Source: an uncultured Legionellales bacterium
Lineage (GTDB): Bacteria; Pseudomonadota; Gammaproteobacteria; CAZGQK01
Reading direction: 5' to 3'
NCBI GenBank assembly: GCA_964527645.1
Contig: CAZGQK010000002.1
Location: 24,022-88,021 of the forward strand
DNA length: 64,000 nt
The position numbers and the translations under genes are program-made. The notes beneath the pieces are model-generated. The model was not told the origin of the DNA and ran no database searches. It was given only the letters and a program-made list of their open reading frames with translations. Of this stretch, positions 47,438-58,035 are shown one piece after another; the stretch's first letter is position 1, and the number at the start of each line of letters is the position of its first letter.

Positions 47438-47944
47438 ATGATTGAATTACAAACCAACTATGGCACGATAACTATTAAGCTCGATTCCGAGCACACACCG
47501 AAAACAGCGGATAATTTTTTGGCTTATGTGAAAGCGGGTTTCTACGATGGCACTATTTTTCATCGTGTTATTGACAACTTTATGATTCAAGGTGGTGGTT
47601 TTGATGCGCAAATGCAGCAAAAAGAAACTAACGCAACTATTGAAAATGAAGCAGATAAAGGTGGTAGCAATAAACGCGGCACCGTTGCCATGGCGCGCAC
47701 CAATGACCCGCATTCTGCCAGCGGACAATTTTTTATTAATGTCAAAGACAATGATTTTCTCAATCACCGTGCTAAAACGCCTGATGGCTGGGGTTATTGT
47801 GTTTTTGCTGAAGTCACCAGCGGCATGGATGTCGTCGATAAAATTAAAGCCGTCACTACCGGTAATTCTGCTGGCCATCAAGATGTACCCGTAGAAAATG
47901 TCGTTATTGAAAAAGCAAGCGTGGTTGATGAAAAGGCTGACTAG
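47438..47944 (+). CDS. ppiB: peptidyl-prolyl cis-trans isomerase B (cyclophilin type)
   Basis: [36 protein letters not shown]; 168 aa with no signal peptide. Confidence 0.95.
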   Translation: MIELQTNYGTITIKLDSEHTPKTADNFLAYVKAGFYDGTIFHRVIDNFMIQGGGFDAQMQQKETNATIENEADKGGSNKRGTVAMARTNDPHSASGQFFINVKDNDFLNHRAKTPDGWGYCVFAEVTSGMDVVDKIKAVTTGNSAGHQDVPVENVVIEKASVVDEKAD

Positions 47945-47971
47945 CCCCTTAAAATTCATCTTGCACATGAA

Positions 47972-47997
47972 GGCCCCGGCCAAAGCCGGGGTTTTTG
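47972..47997 (+). terminator. rho-independent terminator of ppiB
   Basis: GGCCCCGGC-CAAA-GCCGGGG followed by TTTTTG. Confidence 0.8.
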
Positions 47998-48244
47998 TTA
48001 CGCAAATAAAATTAAATACACCCCACCCATTAGCTTTTACAAGAAAAATTATCTAGAATCTATTCATAAAATATAAAGTATAGGAGAAGAGCATTAATAG
48101 TGAAGACATCAAAATTATGTCACTAGCAGTTGTTATCGCCTTATTATTGACTTCTGTGGGTCGTTACTGTTGGTCGCATTGTAAAAGCCCAACAGGAAAT
48201 CGAGAAGAACAAGGAGGAGAAGCAAACTTAAGCCGCCCCCCTAA

Positions 48245-51200
48245 CTAACGCTGCTTAAATTTCCCCAAATAAGAATAAGCAATCGGCACCACAACGAGCG
48301 AAAAGAAAGTACCAACCAGCAGGCCGCCAATAACCACCCAGCCAATTTGGTGGCGGCCAACTGAACCAGGGCCCGTAGCCAGCGCCAACGGCAAGGTACC
48401 AAACACCATGGCTGCTGTGGTCATTAAAATCGGACGCAAACGAATCATCGCCCCTTCAACAATGGCCTCCCCCATCGGCATACCTTTTTCACGCAATTGA
48501 TTCACAAACTTGGTAATTAAAATACCGTGTTTACTCACCAACCCCACCAAGGTCACCACGCCAATTTCCGAATAAAGATTTAAGGTGCCCCCCACTAATT
48601 TTAAAGCGAGCAAAGCACCTACCATACTTAACGGCACCGCCACCAAAATAATAATTGGATCGATGAAACTACTAAATTGTGCCGATAAAACCAAATAAAT
48701 AAATACCAATGACATAATCATCAGCGCCGCAATACTACCTTGGGATTCAATAAACTGCTGCATTTTTCCAGAAAAGGCGGTGCGCAAATTACCCTTAATA
48801 GCACCAGGCTCTACCTTGTCAATGTATTTAATCGCATCACTGGCGGTATAGCCCGGCAATAAATTGGCACTAACCGTACCCGAGCGCATGCGATCAAAAT
48901 GCGACAAGGTGCCTTGACCAACCATTGGCGATAATTTTACTATACTCGATAAGGGAATCATTTGCCCAGCATTACTACCTAACGTGCTTTTTACATACAA
49001 TTTGTTAAGCACGGCAAAATCACTTAAATCCTGCAAGTCCATTTGTAACTTAACCCCATAACTACGGCTCCCCGATTCGACATCGGTCACATGCTTACCA
49101 CTCATCATGACATTCATGGTATCGGCAATATCTTGGATACTAATACCCAGATTCGCTGCTAAATCACGATTTACACTCACATCATATTGCTGAGTGTCAA
49201 ATTTCAAGTTGGTATTAACTTGCGTAAAACCCGGATATTGACTAAACAAGGCTTTCAGCCGATTAATTGGGCCTAATAAATCATCATAATTAGCATTAGT
49301 CATAACATTAAAGGTGACATCTGGACCTTGTTCACCATAATCAATTATTGGCATTTCTGCTGCACCGGCTATCACACCTGGCACTTTTCCCAGTTTAGGA
49401 TTCACCATAGTAATGAGCTGTTGTGGGGTATATTTTCGTTTTTGCCAAGGCTTGAGTAACACGAAAAAGTTAGATGAACCACCACCACCCTGCGAAATAA
49501 CATCACTAACGCCAGGGGCTTTACTCAGTATCCCAGAAACAATATCAGTATATTTGTTGGTATAACGGGTATTGGCATTGGCTGGAGAAATTAAATTAGC
49601 GACAAAGATACCACCGTCTTCGGCCGGCAAAAGCTCAGATGATAGACTTAAAAATAAAAGATAACCAATGGCGCCAACCACTACTAAAATACCAATGACA
49701 CCCAGACGCCAACTCAAAGCGCGCAGCAATATTTTTTTATACGCAGATGATACTCGCAAAAAAACCTTATCAACAATAGTACTTAAAGGATCATCTTTCA
49801 CTTTGGATTGCAAAATGCGCGCACACATCATCGGTGATAACGTTAATGCGACAAAGGCAGAAATCAATACGGCTCCTGCTAAAGTAAAGGCAAATTGCTG
49901 AAACAATTTAGCGGTAAAACCTTGCATCAAACCAATCGGCGCATAAACAGCCGCCAAGGTTAACCCCATGGCAATTACTGCCGTTGCAATTTCATTGCTG
50001 CCATTCAATGCCGCATCCATGGGCTTGGCACCCTCTTCAATATGGCGATGAATATTCTCCAACATCACAATAGCATCATCGACCACCAAACCAATCGCCA
50101 GTACAATCGCCAATAAAGACATCACATTAATACTAAAGCCCAAAAAATAAACCACACTAAAAACACCAATGAGACTCACCGGAATGGTCACCACCGGGAT
50201 TAACGTAGCGCGCGCTGAACCTAAAAATAAAAATACCACTAAAATAACTAAAACCACCGCCTCACCAATGGTGGTAAATGTTTCATTAATGGATTTTTTC
50301 AAAAAAGTGGATTGATCATAGGCTACATGCATTTTCATGCCAGCTGGTAGTGTCGTGCTTAATTGCGAGAGTTCTTTTTTAACTGCGCCAGCAATGTTAA
50401 TTGGATTTTGACCCTGCACCGGCTTGACCGCCAACATCACCCCTTCTTTACCATTGATTTTTAATGGTGCTAAAAACAAACTCCCCGAACCAAATTCAAC
50501 TTTAGCAATATCCTTAATGCGCACAGTCCCTTGTGGACTTTGTTTGAGAATAATATTGGCAAATTGGTTGGCATTCGATAATTGTGTTTTGGAAATAATG
50601 GAATAATTACGCAATGGTGCCTGAATCGATCCTGCTGAAAAGTCGATGTTATTGGCGGTTAATCGATTTTCAACATCAGTAACAGTTATACCATAAGACA
50701 TCATTTCTGCTGGATTTAACCAAATCCGCATAGCATAACCACCTCCACCATAAGTACCAACACCACCCACGCCCGGCACTTGCTGCAGTTCGGGCACTAT
50801 GTTACCGGTTAAATAATCACGGATTTCGGAGCTAGATTTTTTTGCATCTAAAAAAGTAATTAACAGCAAATCTGAACCTTGGCTACCGATGGTTAATGCC
50901 GGTGGATCAGCATCAGCGGGCCATTCAGGATTGGCGCGTACAGCAGAAATTTTATCGCGAATCTGGTTAACCTCTTCATCAAAATTACCACCCAGCACAA
51001 ATTGTATGGTGATACTACTGCTACCAATGGAACTTGACGAAGTCATATAATCAACACCATCGATATCAGCAAAAGAATTCTCTAACATAGTGGTTACTTT
51101 GCTTTCCATCAAGGAAGCACTAGCACCTGTGTAAGTTGTCCTTACTGTTATCACTGGAATCTTTAATTCCGGCATATAGCGAATATCTAAGCGCAAAAAA

Positions 51201-51283
51201 CCCACAATACCAATAACAATCAAGACGAGACTTAGAACTATCGCCAAAACCGGTTGTTCAATACAGGTTTTTACAAGTTTCAA
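48245..51283 (-). CDS. RND efflux permease (AcrB/MdtB-like, HAE1 type)
   Basis: 1012 aa with 12-TM and two-large-loop architecture. Typical segments include PVLAIVLSL..., VVDDAIVMLENI and LVSKHGILI. Confidence 0.92.
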   Translation of the reverse strand: MKLVKTCIEQPVLAIVLSLVLIVIGIVGFLRLDIRYMPELKIPVITVRTTYTGASASLMESKVTTMLENSFADIDGVDYMTSSSSIGSSSITIQFVLGGNFDEEVNQIRDKISAVRANPEWPADADPPALTIGSQGSDLLLITFLDAKKSSSEIRDYLTGNIVPELQQVPGVGGVGTYGGGGYAMRIWLNPAEMMSYGITVTDVENRLTANNIDFSAGSIQAPLRNYSIISKTQLSNANQFANIILKQSPQGTVRIKDIAKVEFGSGSLFLAPLKINGKEGVMLAVKPVQGQNPINIAGAVKKELSQLSTTLPAGMKMHVAYDQSTFLKKSINETFTTIGEAVVLVILVVFLFLGSARATLIPVVTIPVSLIGVFSVVYFLGFSINVMSLLAIVLAIGLVVDDAIVMLENIHRHIEEGAKPMDAALNGSNEIATAVIAMGLTLAAVYAPIGLMQGFTAKLFQQFAFTLAGAVLISAFVALTLSPMMCARILQSKVKDDPLSTIVDKVFLRVSSAYKKILLRALSWRLGVIGILVVVGAIGYLLFLSLSSELLPAEDGGIFVANLISPANANTRYTNKYTDIVSGILSKAPGVSDVISQGGGGSSNFFVLLKPWQKRKYTPQQLITMVNPKLGKVPGVIAGAAEMPIIDYGEQGPDVTFNVMTNANYDDLLGPINRLKALFSQYPGFTQVNTNLKFDTQQYDVSVNRDLAANLGISIQDIADTMNVMMSGKHVTDVESGSRSYGVKLQMDLQDLSDFAVLNKLYVKSTLGSNAGQMIPLSSIVKLSPMVGQGTLSHFDRMRSGTVSANLLPGYTASDAIKYIDKVEPGAIKGNLRTAFSGKMQQFIESQGSIAALMIMSLVFIYLVLSAQFSSFIDPIIILVAVPLSMVGALLALKLVGGTLNLYSEIGVVTLVGLVSKHGILITKFVNQLREKGMPMGEAIVEGAMIRLRPILMTTAAMVFGTLPLALATGPGSVGRHQIGWVVIGGLLVGTFFSLVVVPIAYSYLGKFKQR

Positions 51284-51301
51284 AATAACAATCCTTCAAT
51301 A

Positions 51302-52420
51302 CTATTTTGCTTTTGTGCTCGCATTTGCCTTGGCACCAGCACTTGAACTCATCGTGGTTGTCGAAGGTGCCGGTGCTGCTGTATTTACCACTTGCACACT
51401 AACACCATCACTCAACTTCTGTTGGCCAGCAATAACAACCTGATCGCCTGCTTGCAAGCCACTTAAAATCTGGACGACATTACCCACGTGTGATCCCAGC
51501 TTCACCCGTGTTTGTATAGCCTTGCCAGAGACTATTTTATAGACATAGTATCCCTTAACATCCGCAGTTACGGCTTGCTGTGGCACCACCAGGGCTTTTT
51601 TATCAATCTCAATTTGTTGTTCTACGTGAATGAACATGCCCGGATTGAGTAACGCGTCCTTGTTGGGCACCGAAGCTTGCACGGCCACTGCGCGGGTTGC
51701 TTGATTAATCGTAGGCGCAATATAATTTACTGTGCCATAAAATGTTTTATTGGGATACGCGCTAACAGTAATTTTAACTAATTGTCCTTTTTTTAATTCT
51801 GGCAGCAAGTTTTCTGACAAGGTATATTGTGCCTTTAATTGTGTCGCATTTACCAAAGTAACGATGGCGTCACCGGCAGTAACATAATCCCCCTCCTGCA
51901 CTTTGAATGCCGCCAATGCTCCTGAAAATGGCGCAGAAATTGTTTTTTGATTAAGCAACGCTTGTTTGCTCTGAACATTCGCGCGCGCCTGACTAACATT
52001 AGCCTCAAGTTGATCTAAGTCCTGCTGTGAAACGGCAATATTTAGTAATCCCTTAGAACGAATATATTTTTTGGTAGTAACGTCTAATTTACTCTGCGCT
52101 GTTGCCAAATCAGCTTTTGCGGTGTCATTATTTAATTGGACGATGGGCATACCCTTAGCAACTTCATCACCATCTTTAAAATTAATCTGATCGACACGCC
52201 CATCAACTACCGAGCTAATGGTTACCTCCTGTAAAGCTGTGAGCGAACCTAAAGACGCTACTTGTTTCGGCATACTTTGAATAGTAACGCTTGCCACATT
52301 GACCACCACTGGTGCAGCCTGAGCTGAAGAGGTGACTGTTTTAGCTTGAACTACATTAATGACAGCAAAGGCCATCAGCAACGAGGCAGTTATTATTCGG
52401 TATTTTTTTATCATCGCCAA
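51302..52420 (-). CDS. RND efflux periplasmic adaptor (membrane fusion protein)
   Basis: Signal/anchor N-terminus, lipoyl and coiled-coil hairpin regions. It lies directly upstream of the RND permease. Confidence 0.9.
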   Translation of the reverse strand: MAMIKKYRIITASLLMAFAVINVVQAKTVTSSAQAAPVVVNVASVTIQSMPKQVASLGSLTALQEVTISSVVDGRVDQINFKDGDEVAKGMPIVQLNNDTAKADLATAQSKLDVTTKKYIRSKGLLNIAVSQQDLDQLEANVSQARANVQSKQALLNQKTISAPFSGALAAFKVQEGDYVTAGDAIVTLVNATQLKAQYTLSENLLPELKKGQLVKITVSAYPNKTFYGTVNYIAPTINQATRAVAVQASVPNKDALLNPGMFIHVEQQIEIDKKALVVPQQAVTADVKGYYVYKIVSGKAIQTRVKLGSHVGNVVQILSGLQAGDQVVIAGQQKLSDGVSVQVVNTAAPAPSTTTMSSSAGAKANASTKAK

Positions 52421-52515
52421 ACCCTAAGCCAAAAAAACAGGAACATAAGCACTGATTATAAGTAAAACTGCCACTTTTATCCATTGCTCATACTATTTCT
52501 TCGTCACAAGCCCTT

Positions 52516-52947
52516 TCAACAAGCTAATTCCATCAACAAGGCATCTTCACTCCCATCTGGCGTAGGATAATAATTTTTACGTCGACCCATCTCACGAAAA
52601 CCATGCCGCTGATAAAGCGCTATCGCAGCCTGATTACTCACCCGGACTTCCAAAACAATCCGAGCCAAACCCTCTCTGCTAGCGGACTTTATAACATGAC
52701 GCAACAGATTGCTGCCGCGACCCTGGCCTTGCCAAGCCTTAGCCACCGCTAGGTTTAATAACTGACACTCATCCATTTGGTAGGAAACTAACACAAAACC
52801 AACCAACTCAACCTTCTGCAACAATAACCATCCATGATAGGATTGATTAAAACAATTACTGAGCACCACATCGCCCCAACTTGATTGTTGCAAACTTGAC
52901 ATCAATGCCGCCACCATTGAGACATCTTCTGGCAACCAGGCGCGCAA
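52516..52947 (-). CDS. rimI: ribosomal-protein-alanine N-acetyltransferase
   Basis: GNAT fold with the acetyl-CoA motif QGQGRGSNLL and C-terminal RKNYYPTPDGSEDALLM, as in E. coli RimI. It sits in the conserved holD-rimI pair. Confidence 0.88.
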   Translation of the reverse strand: MRAWLPEDVSMVAALMSSLQQSSWGDVVLSNCFNQSYHGWLLLQKVELVGFVLVSYQMDECQLLNLAVAKAWQGQGRGSNLLRHVIKSASREGLARIVLEVRVSNQAAIALYQRHGFREMGRRKNYYPTPDGSEDALLMELAC

Positions 52948-52948
52948 T

Positions 52949-53443
52949 TTAAGGATTTTTAGCCACCCCCATCAGTTGCATAGCTTGTTGCAAATCAGAC
53001 CATGCACCTTTTTTCAGGCTCGATTCTTGCAGCAACTCAGCCAAGCTGAAACTCACCACCACCGGCACGTTTTGCCAATTCCCAGCCAGCGCTCGCCACT
53101 GATCAATGGATTTTTCTGCCACTAAGAAGGCATTGGCAAGAACGGAACCCAACATAATAATGGTCTTGGGCTGATGATTGTGCTGGAGTATCTCCTCTAA
53201 ACTTTCATCAGCAACCTGCACATTAAGCTGCATAGCTCCCATCATTTTGTTTAGTAATTGAACAGCATCGGTCAACTGTAATTCTTCTCTCATCACCAAC
53301 AACACCCCCCGAACAACTCCAGCAGCATCACACAATTGGTAATTTTGCGTTTCGAGTCGCACTTGCGTCTCTTGGTTACGTTGTTGCCACAACGGAATCC
53401 CCATCGCCTGTAAATAAAGCAACTGTCTGCTGATAATGCCCAT
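52949..53443 (-). CDS. holD: DNA polymerase III psi subunit
   Basis: N-terminus RQLLYLQAMGIPLWQQR resembles E. coli HolD RDWQLQQLGITQWSLRR. Its position immediately upstream of rimI matches E. coli. Confidence 0.65.
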   Translation of the reverse strand: MGIISRQLLYLQAMGIPLWQQRNQETQVRLETQNYQLCDAAGVVRGVLLVMREELQLTDAVQLLNKMMGAMQLNVQVADESLEEILQHNHQPKTIIMLGSVLANAFLVAEKSIDQWRALAGNWQNVPVVVSFSLAELLQESSLKKGAWSDLQQAMQLMGVAKNP

Positions 53444-53538
53444 AATTCTCTCCCTAAATTGTATCAACTTTCACCACATACGCATTGCGCAGTGACTATG
53501 ATACTATATTCTCCTATAGAGATAACCTAGATAATAAA

Positions 53539-54534
53539 ATGCTTAAGGTACTAAAAATACTCATACTTTTACTCATCCTCGCGGCCTTAAGCTTCGCCGG
53601 TTATCGTTACTGGCGACACCAACAATTATTCCCCAGCACCGATGATGCTTATGTCCAAGCGCATGTGGTTAATATCTCTCCACGCATCAGCGGATCTGTC
53701 ATTAAAGTTGCCGTCCAAAACCACCAACCGGTTAAAAAAGGACAGTTATTATTCCAACTCGACCCGACTCCATGGCAGATTGCGGTGAACAAAGCACAAG
53801 CCAACCTAGACAACACCATCTCCGGGGTGAAGGCATTACAAGCTGCTGTACTGACCAATCAAGCACAACTGCGCGCACGTCAAGCTGAATTAGTAGACAA
53901 TCAACACAATGCCCGCCGAATTCTTAGCTTAGTTCGCCTAAAACTCTATGCCCCTGCTCAAGGTGACAACGCCACCCAACAATTAAATGTCGCCAAAGCC
54001 AATGTCAAAGCAGCGCAAAGTCAACTTAAAGAAGCGCAACAAAAACTCGGCCAACCCGGCGAGGACAATGCCCGTATTCGTGCTGCCAAGGCAGCACTGG
54101 CTAATGCACAATTAAACTTACAATACACCGACATCAAGGCACCGGCTAAAGGTTTCATTGCCAACTTCTCATTACGCATGGGCGATGAAGTAAGTGCTTA
54201 CCAAGATTTATTCGCCATTGTAGAAGATCACCAATGGTGGGTAAATGCTAATTTTAAAGAAACCCAATTAGCGCGAATTAAGCCGGGACAAAAAGCAAAA
54301 ATTGTTATTGATATTTATTCTGATCATCCATTTACTGGCGTTGTACAAAGCATTAGCGCTGGCAGCGGCACCAGCTTTAGTTTATTACCCCCAGAAGATG
54401 CTACCGGTAACTGGGTTAAAGTCACGCAACGTTTCCCGGTTAAAATAATTATTACAAACCCCAACCCACTATACCCACTACGTATCGGTGCCAGCAGCAC
54501 CGTTACCGTTAATACTAAAAGTTTAAATGAATAA
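53539..54534 (+). CDS. emrA: HlyD-family multidrug efflux adaptor (EmrA-like)
   Basis: Single N-terminal TM, TDDAYVQAHVVNISPRISG, long coiled coil, C-terminal beta-barrel (RFPVKI). It overlaps the emrB start. Confidence 0.88.
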   Translation: MLKVLKILILLLILAALSFAGYRYWRHQQLFPSTDDAYVQAHVVNISPRISGSVIKVAVQNHQPVKKGQLLFQLDPTPWQIAVNKAQANLDNTISGVKALQAAVLTNQAQLRARQAELVDNQHNARRILSLVRLKLYAPAQGDNATQQLNVAKANVKAAQSQLKEAQQKLGQPGEDNARIRAAKAALANAQLNLQYTDIKAPAKGFIANFSLRMGDEVSAYQDLFAIVEDHQWWVNANFKETQLARIKPGQKAKIVIDIYSDHPFTGVVQSISAGSGTSFSLLPPEDATGNWVKVTQRFPVKIIITNPNPLYPLRIGASSTVTVNTKSLNE

Positions 54535-56053
54535 CTCACGTCAACAAATTCTCTACCAAAGACGCCACTTAGTCATTATCACCATTATGTTGGTGGCGAT
54601 TCTCGAGGTATTAGATTCCACAATTGTTAACGTCGCTCTACCAGCGATGCAAGCATCTCTTGGCGCCAACGTCGATGAAATCACTTGGGTATTAACTTCT
54701 TATATCGTCGCTTCTGCCATTATGATTCCACTCACTGGTTTTTTAAGTGATAATTTCGGGCAGAAAAATTTATTGATCGTTAATATTAGCGGTTTTATGG
54801 TAAGTTCTTTTTTATGTGGCCTCACCAATTCGCTGGATCAAATGATTATACTACGCATTTGCCAAGGCGCCTTTGGCGCTGCCTTAATCCCATTATCACA
54901 GGCCATTTTACGTGAATCTTACCCGCTCGACCAACAAGGCAAGGCGATGGCCATTTGGGGAATTGGCATCATGACAGCACCGGTTTTAGGGCCAACTTTA
55001 GGCGGCTACATTACCGAACACGCCAGTTGGCGTTGGATTTTTTATATCAACGCACCTCTATGTATCATCAGTTTACTATTAACATTCTGGGTCATTCCGA
55101 CAACCAAGCGCCAATTAAAAAAACTAGATATCTATGGACTATCAACTATGATCATTGGTGTAGGTTTTTTACAACTTTTTTTAGATCAGGGTAATGAAAA
55201 AGACTGGTTTAGTTCAAATTTTATTAAGCTATCCTTTATTTTATCGATCACCGGAATGGTTTTGTTTATTATCCGCAGCCTTACACAAAAACAGCCCCTG
55301 GTTAATCTTAAACTCTATAGAGATCGTAATTTTTCTATTTCCGGACTCATTCTGTTAACATTTTGCGCCTGCATGTTTTCCTTACTGGTTATGCAACCTA
55401 TCATGCTGGAGAGTTTATTTCATTATCCTGTCATCGCCGCCGGCTGGGTAATGGCACCAAGAGGATTAGCCAGCGCAATTGCTATGATATTAGCATCGGT
55501 ATTAATGAAACGCATTAATGCCAAATATTTAATTGCAGTTGGCTTACTGCTGTGTGCATACGGCAGCTATTTAATGTCACAATATAATTTAAATGTTGAT
55601 ATGCTCGGCAACATCATTCCGGGTCTCTATCAAGGCTTAGGCATGGGTTTAATTATGGTGCCATTGACCACTTACTCTCTCGCCACCATCCCTGCGTCAC
55701 AAATCACCGAAGGTGCCGGTTTATACAGTTATGCACGCATGCTGGGCACTTCCGTTGGTATTTCAGTGATCAGCACCTTGGTCACGCGTGAGACGCAAAT
55801 TAATTACAATCAATTGTCAGCACATACCTCCATTTTTAATACCAACCTGCACCAATGGTTTAACCACCAGAGTCTCACCTTGCACAGCCCCCTCGGGGCA
55901 CAACGTCTGGCTGAACAAATAGCGACACAAGGGCGCATGATTGCTTTTAATGATGCTTATTTAGCCATTGCCATTGGCTTTGTAATCTTGATACCATTGA
56001 GCCTGTTTTTACAACGATTGGATTTTACAAACACTGATATGCAAGGACACTAA
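54527..56053 (+). CDS. emrB: MFS DHA2-family multidrug efflux permease (EmrB/QacA-like, 14 TM)
   Basis: LDSTIVNVALP, GFLSDNFGQKN, GPTLGGYITEHASWRWIFYIN signature segments. Confidence 0.9.
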   Translation: MNNSRQQILYQRRHLVIITIMLVAILEVLDSTIVNVALPAMQASLGANVDEITWVLTSYIVASAIMIPLTGFLSDNFGQKNLLIVNISGFMVSSFLCGLTNSLDQMIILRICQGAFGAALIPLSQAILRESYPLDQQGKAMAIWGIGIMTAPVLGPTLGGYITEHASWRWIFYINAPLCIISLLLTFWVIPTTKRQLKKLDIYGLSTMIIGVGFLQLFLDQGNEKDWFSSNFIKLSFILSITGMVLFIIRSLTQKQPLVNLKLYRDRNFSISGLILLTFCACMFSLLVMQPIMLESLFHYPVIAAGWVMAPRGLASAIAMILASVLMKRINAKYLIAVGLLLCAYGSYLMSQYNLNVDMLGNIIPGLYQGLGMGLIMVPLTTYSLATIPASQITEGAGLYSYARMLGTSVGISVISTLVTRETQINYNQLSAHTSIFNTNLHQWFNHQSLTLHSPLGAQRLAEQIATQGRMIAFNDAYLAIAIGFVILIPLSLFLQRLDFTNTDMQGH

Positions 56054-56054
56054 A

Positions 56055-56396
56055 ATGGATTGTTTATTTTGCAAGATTATCAATAAAGAGCTTGACAGCA
56101 AGCTGGTTCATGAAGATGAACAACTTGTTGCTTTTCACGACATCAAACCACAAGCACCGCAACATGTTTTGATTGTGCCACGCAAGCATATTGCCACAAT
56201 CAACGACCTTACCGAGGAGGATACAAAATTAGTTGGCCACATGGTACAGGTCGCCAAACAATTAGCGCAACAACTCGGCTGTGCCGAAGCTGGGTATCGC
56301 ACCTTATTTAATTGCAACAAAGCCGGCGGGCAAGACGTTTATCATATCCATTTGCATTTATTAGGTGGGCGCCAATTTACCTGGCCCCCAGGTTAG
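56055..56396 (+). CDS. hinT: HIT family (histidine triad) nucleotide-binding protein
   Basis: CLFCKII N-terminus, HVLIVPRKH, histidine triad HIHLHLLGG. Confidence 0.9.
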   Translation: MDCLFCKIINKELDSKLVHEDEQLVAFHDIKPQAPQHVLIVPRKHIATINDLTEEDTKLVGHMVQVAKQLAQQLGCAEAGYRTLFNCNKAGGQDVYHIHLHLLGGRQFTWPPG

Positions 56397-56419
56397 ACTT
56401 TTTCATTTTAGGATCAATC

Positions 56420-57004
56420 ATGTCAGAGATATTAGAAAAAAATACCCAACAAGTTTTATCGGAAAATTTTACCGAAATTATCAGTGCTATCGGCGAAGAT
56501 CCTGCGCGCGAAGGCTTGCAAAAAACACCACTGCGTGCAGCCCAATCTTTTGCGTATCTTACGCAAGGCTATCAAATCGACACGCAAGCCATTATACAAA
56601 AAGCTTTATTTAAATCCGACATGAGCCAGATTGTTATTGTTAAAGATATTGAACTGTATTCTTTGTGCGAACATCATTTGTTGCCCTTCATTGGTAAATG
56701 CCATGTTGGCTATATACCCAATGGCAAAATTTTAGGATTATCTAAAATTGCACGCATCGTTGATGCTTTTGCCCGTCGCCTACAAGTGCAAGAACGCCTA
56801 ACACAACAAGTTGCTGAGTCTTTATTATCAGGCGTAGACGCTAAAGGCGTCGCTGTGGTTATTGAAGCAAAACACCTATGCATGATGATGCGCGGTGTTG
56901 AAAAACAAAACTCAGTAATGACGACCTCTGTTATGCTAGGCAGATTTCGCGAATGCCATCGCTCACGAGCGGAGTTTTTGGCGTTGATCAACAACCGCGA
57001 ATAA
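56420..57004 (+). CDS. folE: GTP cyclohydrolase I (FolE type 1, zinc-dependent)
   Basis: [31 protein letters not shown]. Start moved to MSEILEK (SD-less track extension removed). Confidence 0.94.
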   Translation: MSEILEKNTQQVLSENFTEIISAIGEDPAREGLQKTPLRAAQSFAYLTQGYQIDTQAIIQKALFKSDMSQIVIVKDIELYSLCEHHLLPFIGKCHVGYIPNGKILGLSKIARIVDAFARRLQVQERLTQQVAESLLSGVDAKGVAVVIEAKHLCMMMRGVEKQNSVMTTSVMLGRFRECHRSRAEFLALINNRE

Positions 57005-57116
57005 ATTGCAATACGCAGAACCCTACTTGCCGCGACTTGTTCGCACTATCCAGAAAATTTTTTATACTTCCTGGATTGCTTCGGCGCTACGCTTCCCACA
57101 AAGACGGTACCTTAAA

Positions 57117-57145
57117 TAAAACCACAGGTAACCCTGTGGTTTTAT
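57117..57145. terminator. bidirectional terminator hairpin between folE and the His-rich gene
   Basis: AAAACCACAGG-GTAAC-CCTGTGGTTTT. Confidence 0.75.
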
Positions 57146-57154
57146 TACCCATAC

Positions 57155-57406
57155 TTACCACCAACCGTGACGAATGCGTCTTTTCACTATATGCTTACGC
57201 ACATGCAAGTGTTCCAAATGAGCGACGTGATGCAGCACACCCGAAAAATTGCCGTTGCGAATAGCACGGCGCAACGCATGGTTCTGGTGACGTATCCTTC
57301 GATTGATATGATGTAAATGATGAAACGGATTGGCAGTGGCAATTGAACCTACACTAAAACCTAACGTAACCGCAGCAGCTACAATAGCTAACTTCTTAAA
57401 TTTCAT
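57155..57406 (-). CDS. small secreted His/Arg-rich protein (83 aa)
   Basis: Signal peptide MKFKKLAIVAAAVTLGFSVGSIATA. The mature ~58 aa contain two similar HH-x-HH / H-x-H-x-H + RRIRH blocks and end in GWW. Confidence 0.6.
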   Translation of the reverse strand: MKFKKLAIVAAAVTLGFSVGSIATANPFHHLHHINRRIRHQNHALRRAIRNGNFSGVLHHVAHLEHLHVRKHIVKRRIRHGWW

Positions 57407-57570
57407 AATTAACCCCTTTTTTATGATTAAGCAACGAAACCACTCTAACTGATCCGTGTTAATACAATATATCCTGAAGAATTAGATTTGTAACAGAAAT
57501 GAAACGAAGAGAAAAGCAAAAAATTAACAAAAATATGACCCTCATAACCAACTGATTAAATGTAATATTT

Positions 57571-57993
57571 TCAGGCTGATTCTTCACCATTAAGCTCAAT
57601 CAACCAGTTACGCAATCGTCTATGGTTCACGCCAAAATCAAAATGACCATAAACACTGCGACTAAACGTACGTAACGTACTATTATTATCATCAATGCGT
57701 ACGAACTGTACATCTATGACGTCGGGAAATCTGAACAAGAAACTCTTTTGCACATATTGATATTGTTGTTTTTCCGGCTCAGCACGCAATAACATTATCC
57801 TGGGTTGTTGACGAACAAGTGCGAGCCAACGCAGCTTTAACTCATCCAAAGAAATAGGAAAAACAGGTGCTTTTATTTGTCGTTTACCAGCAGCAGGTTG
57901 ATCACTCACTAAAGAATAATTGGGTTTGTCCGGCAAAGTTAAGTTGGAAAAATCAACCATCGGTATTTGCCGCCAATTACTTGCCATAACCAA
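57571..57993 (-). CDS. DUF1499-like protein
   Basis: The FRFPDVIDVQF ... SRSVYGHFDFGVNHRRLRNW pattern resembles the DUF1499 family as I remember it; not verified. Confidence 0.5.
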   Translation of the reverse strand: MVMASNWRQIPMVDFSNLTLPDKPNYSLVSDQPAAGKRQIKAPVFPISLDELKLRWLALVRQQPRIMLLRAEPEKQQYQYVQKSFLFRFPDVIDVQFVRIDDNNSTLRTFSRSVYGHFDFGVNHRRLRNWLIELNGEESA

Positions 57994-58035
57994 AGTATCT
58001 CCATCACATTAAATTACAGCACAACCAACTTCTTA

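Noticed and set aside
47447-47983. 178-aa minus-strand ORF and a 100-aa plus-strand ORF overlapping ppiB.
   Set aside because: ppiB has unmistakable cyclophilin motifs. The overlapping frames have no recognisable features and are typical shadow ORFs.
48117-48248. Unlisted 43-codon ORF (MSLAVVIALLLTSVGRYCWSHCKSPTGNREEQGGEANLSRPPN) between ppiB and the RND pump: one TM segment plus a polar tail.
   Set aside because: The only SD-like AGGAG lies ~25 nt upstream of the ATG, and the stop overlaps the convergent RND gene end. It cannot be supported without conservation or expression data.
48245-56053. Two efflux systems (RND adaptor+permease; EmrAB-like) without an adjacent outer-membrane factor.
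   Set aside because: This is a common arrangement, since a TolC-type channel is usually encoded elsewhere. It is ordinary rather than novel.
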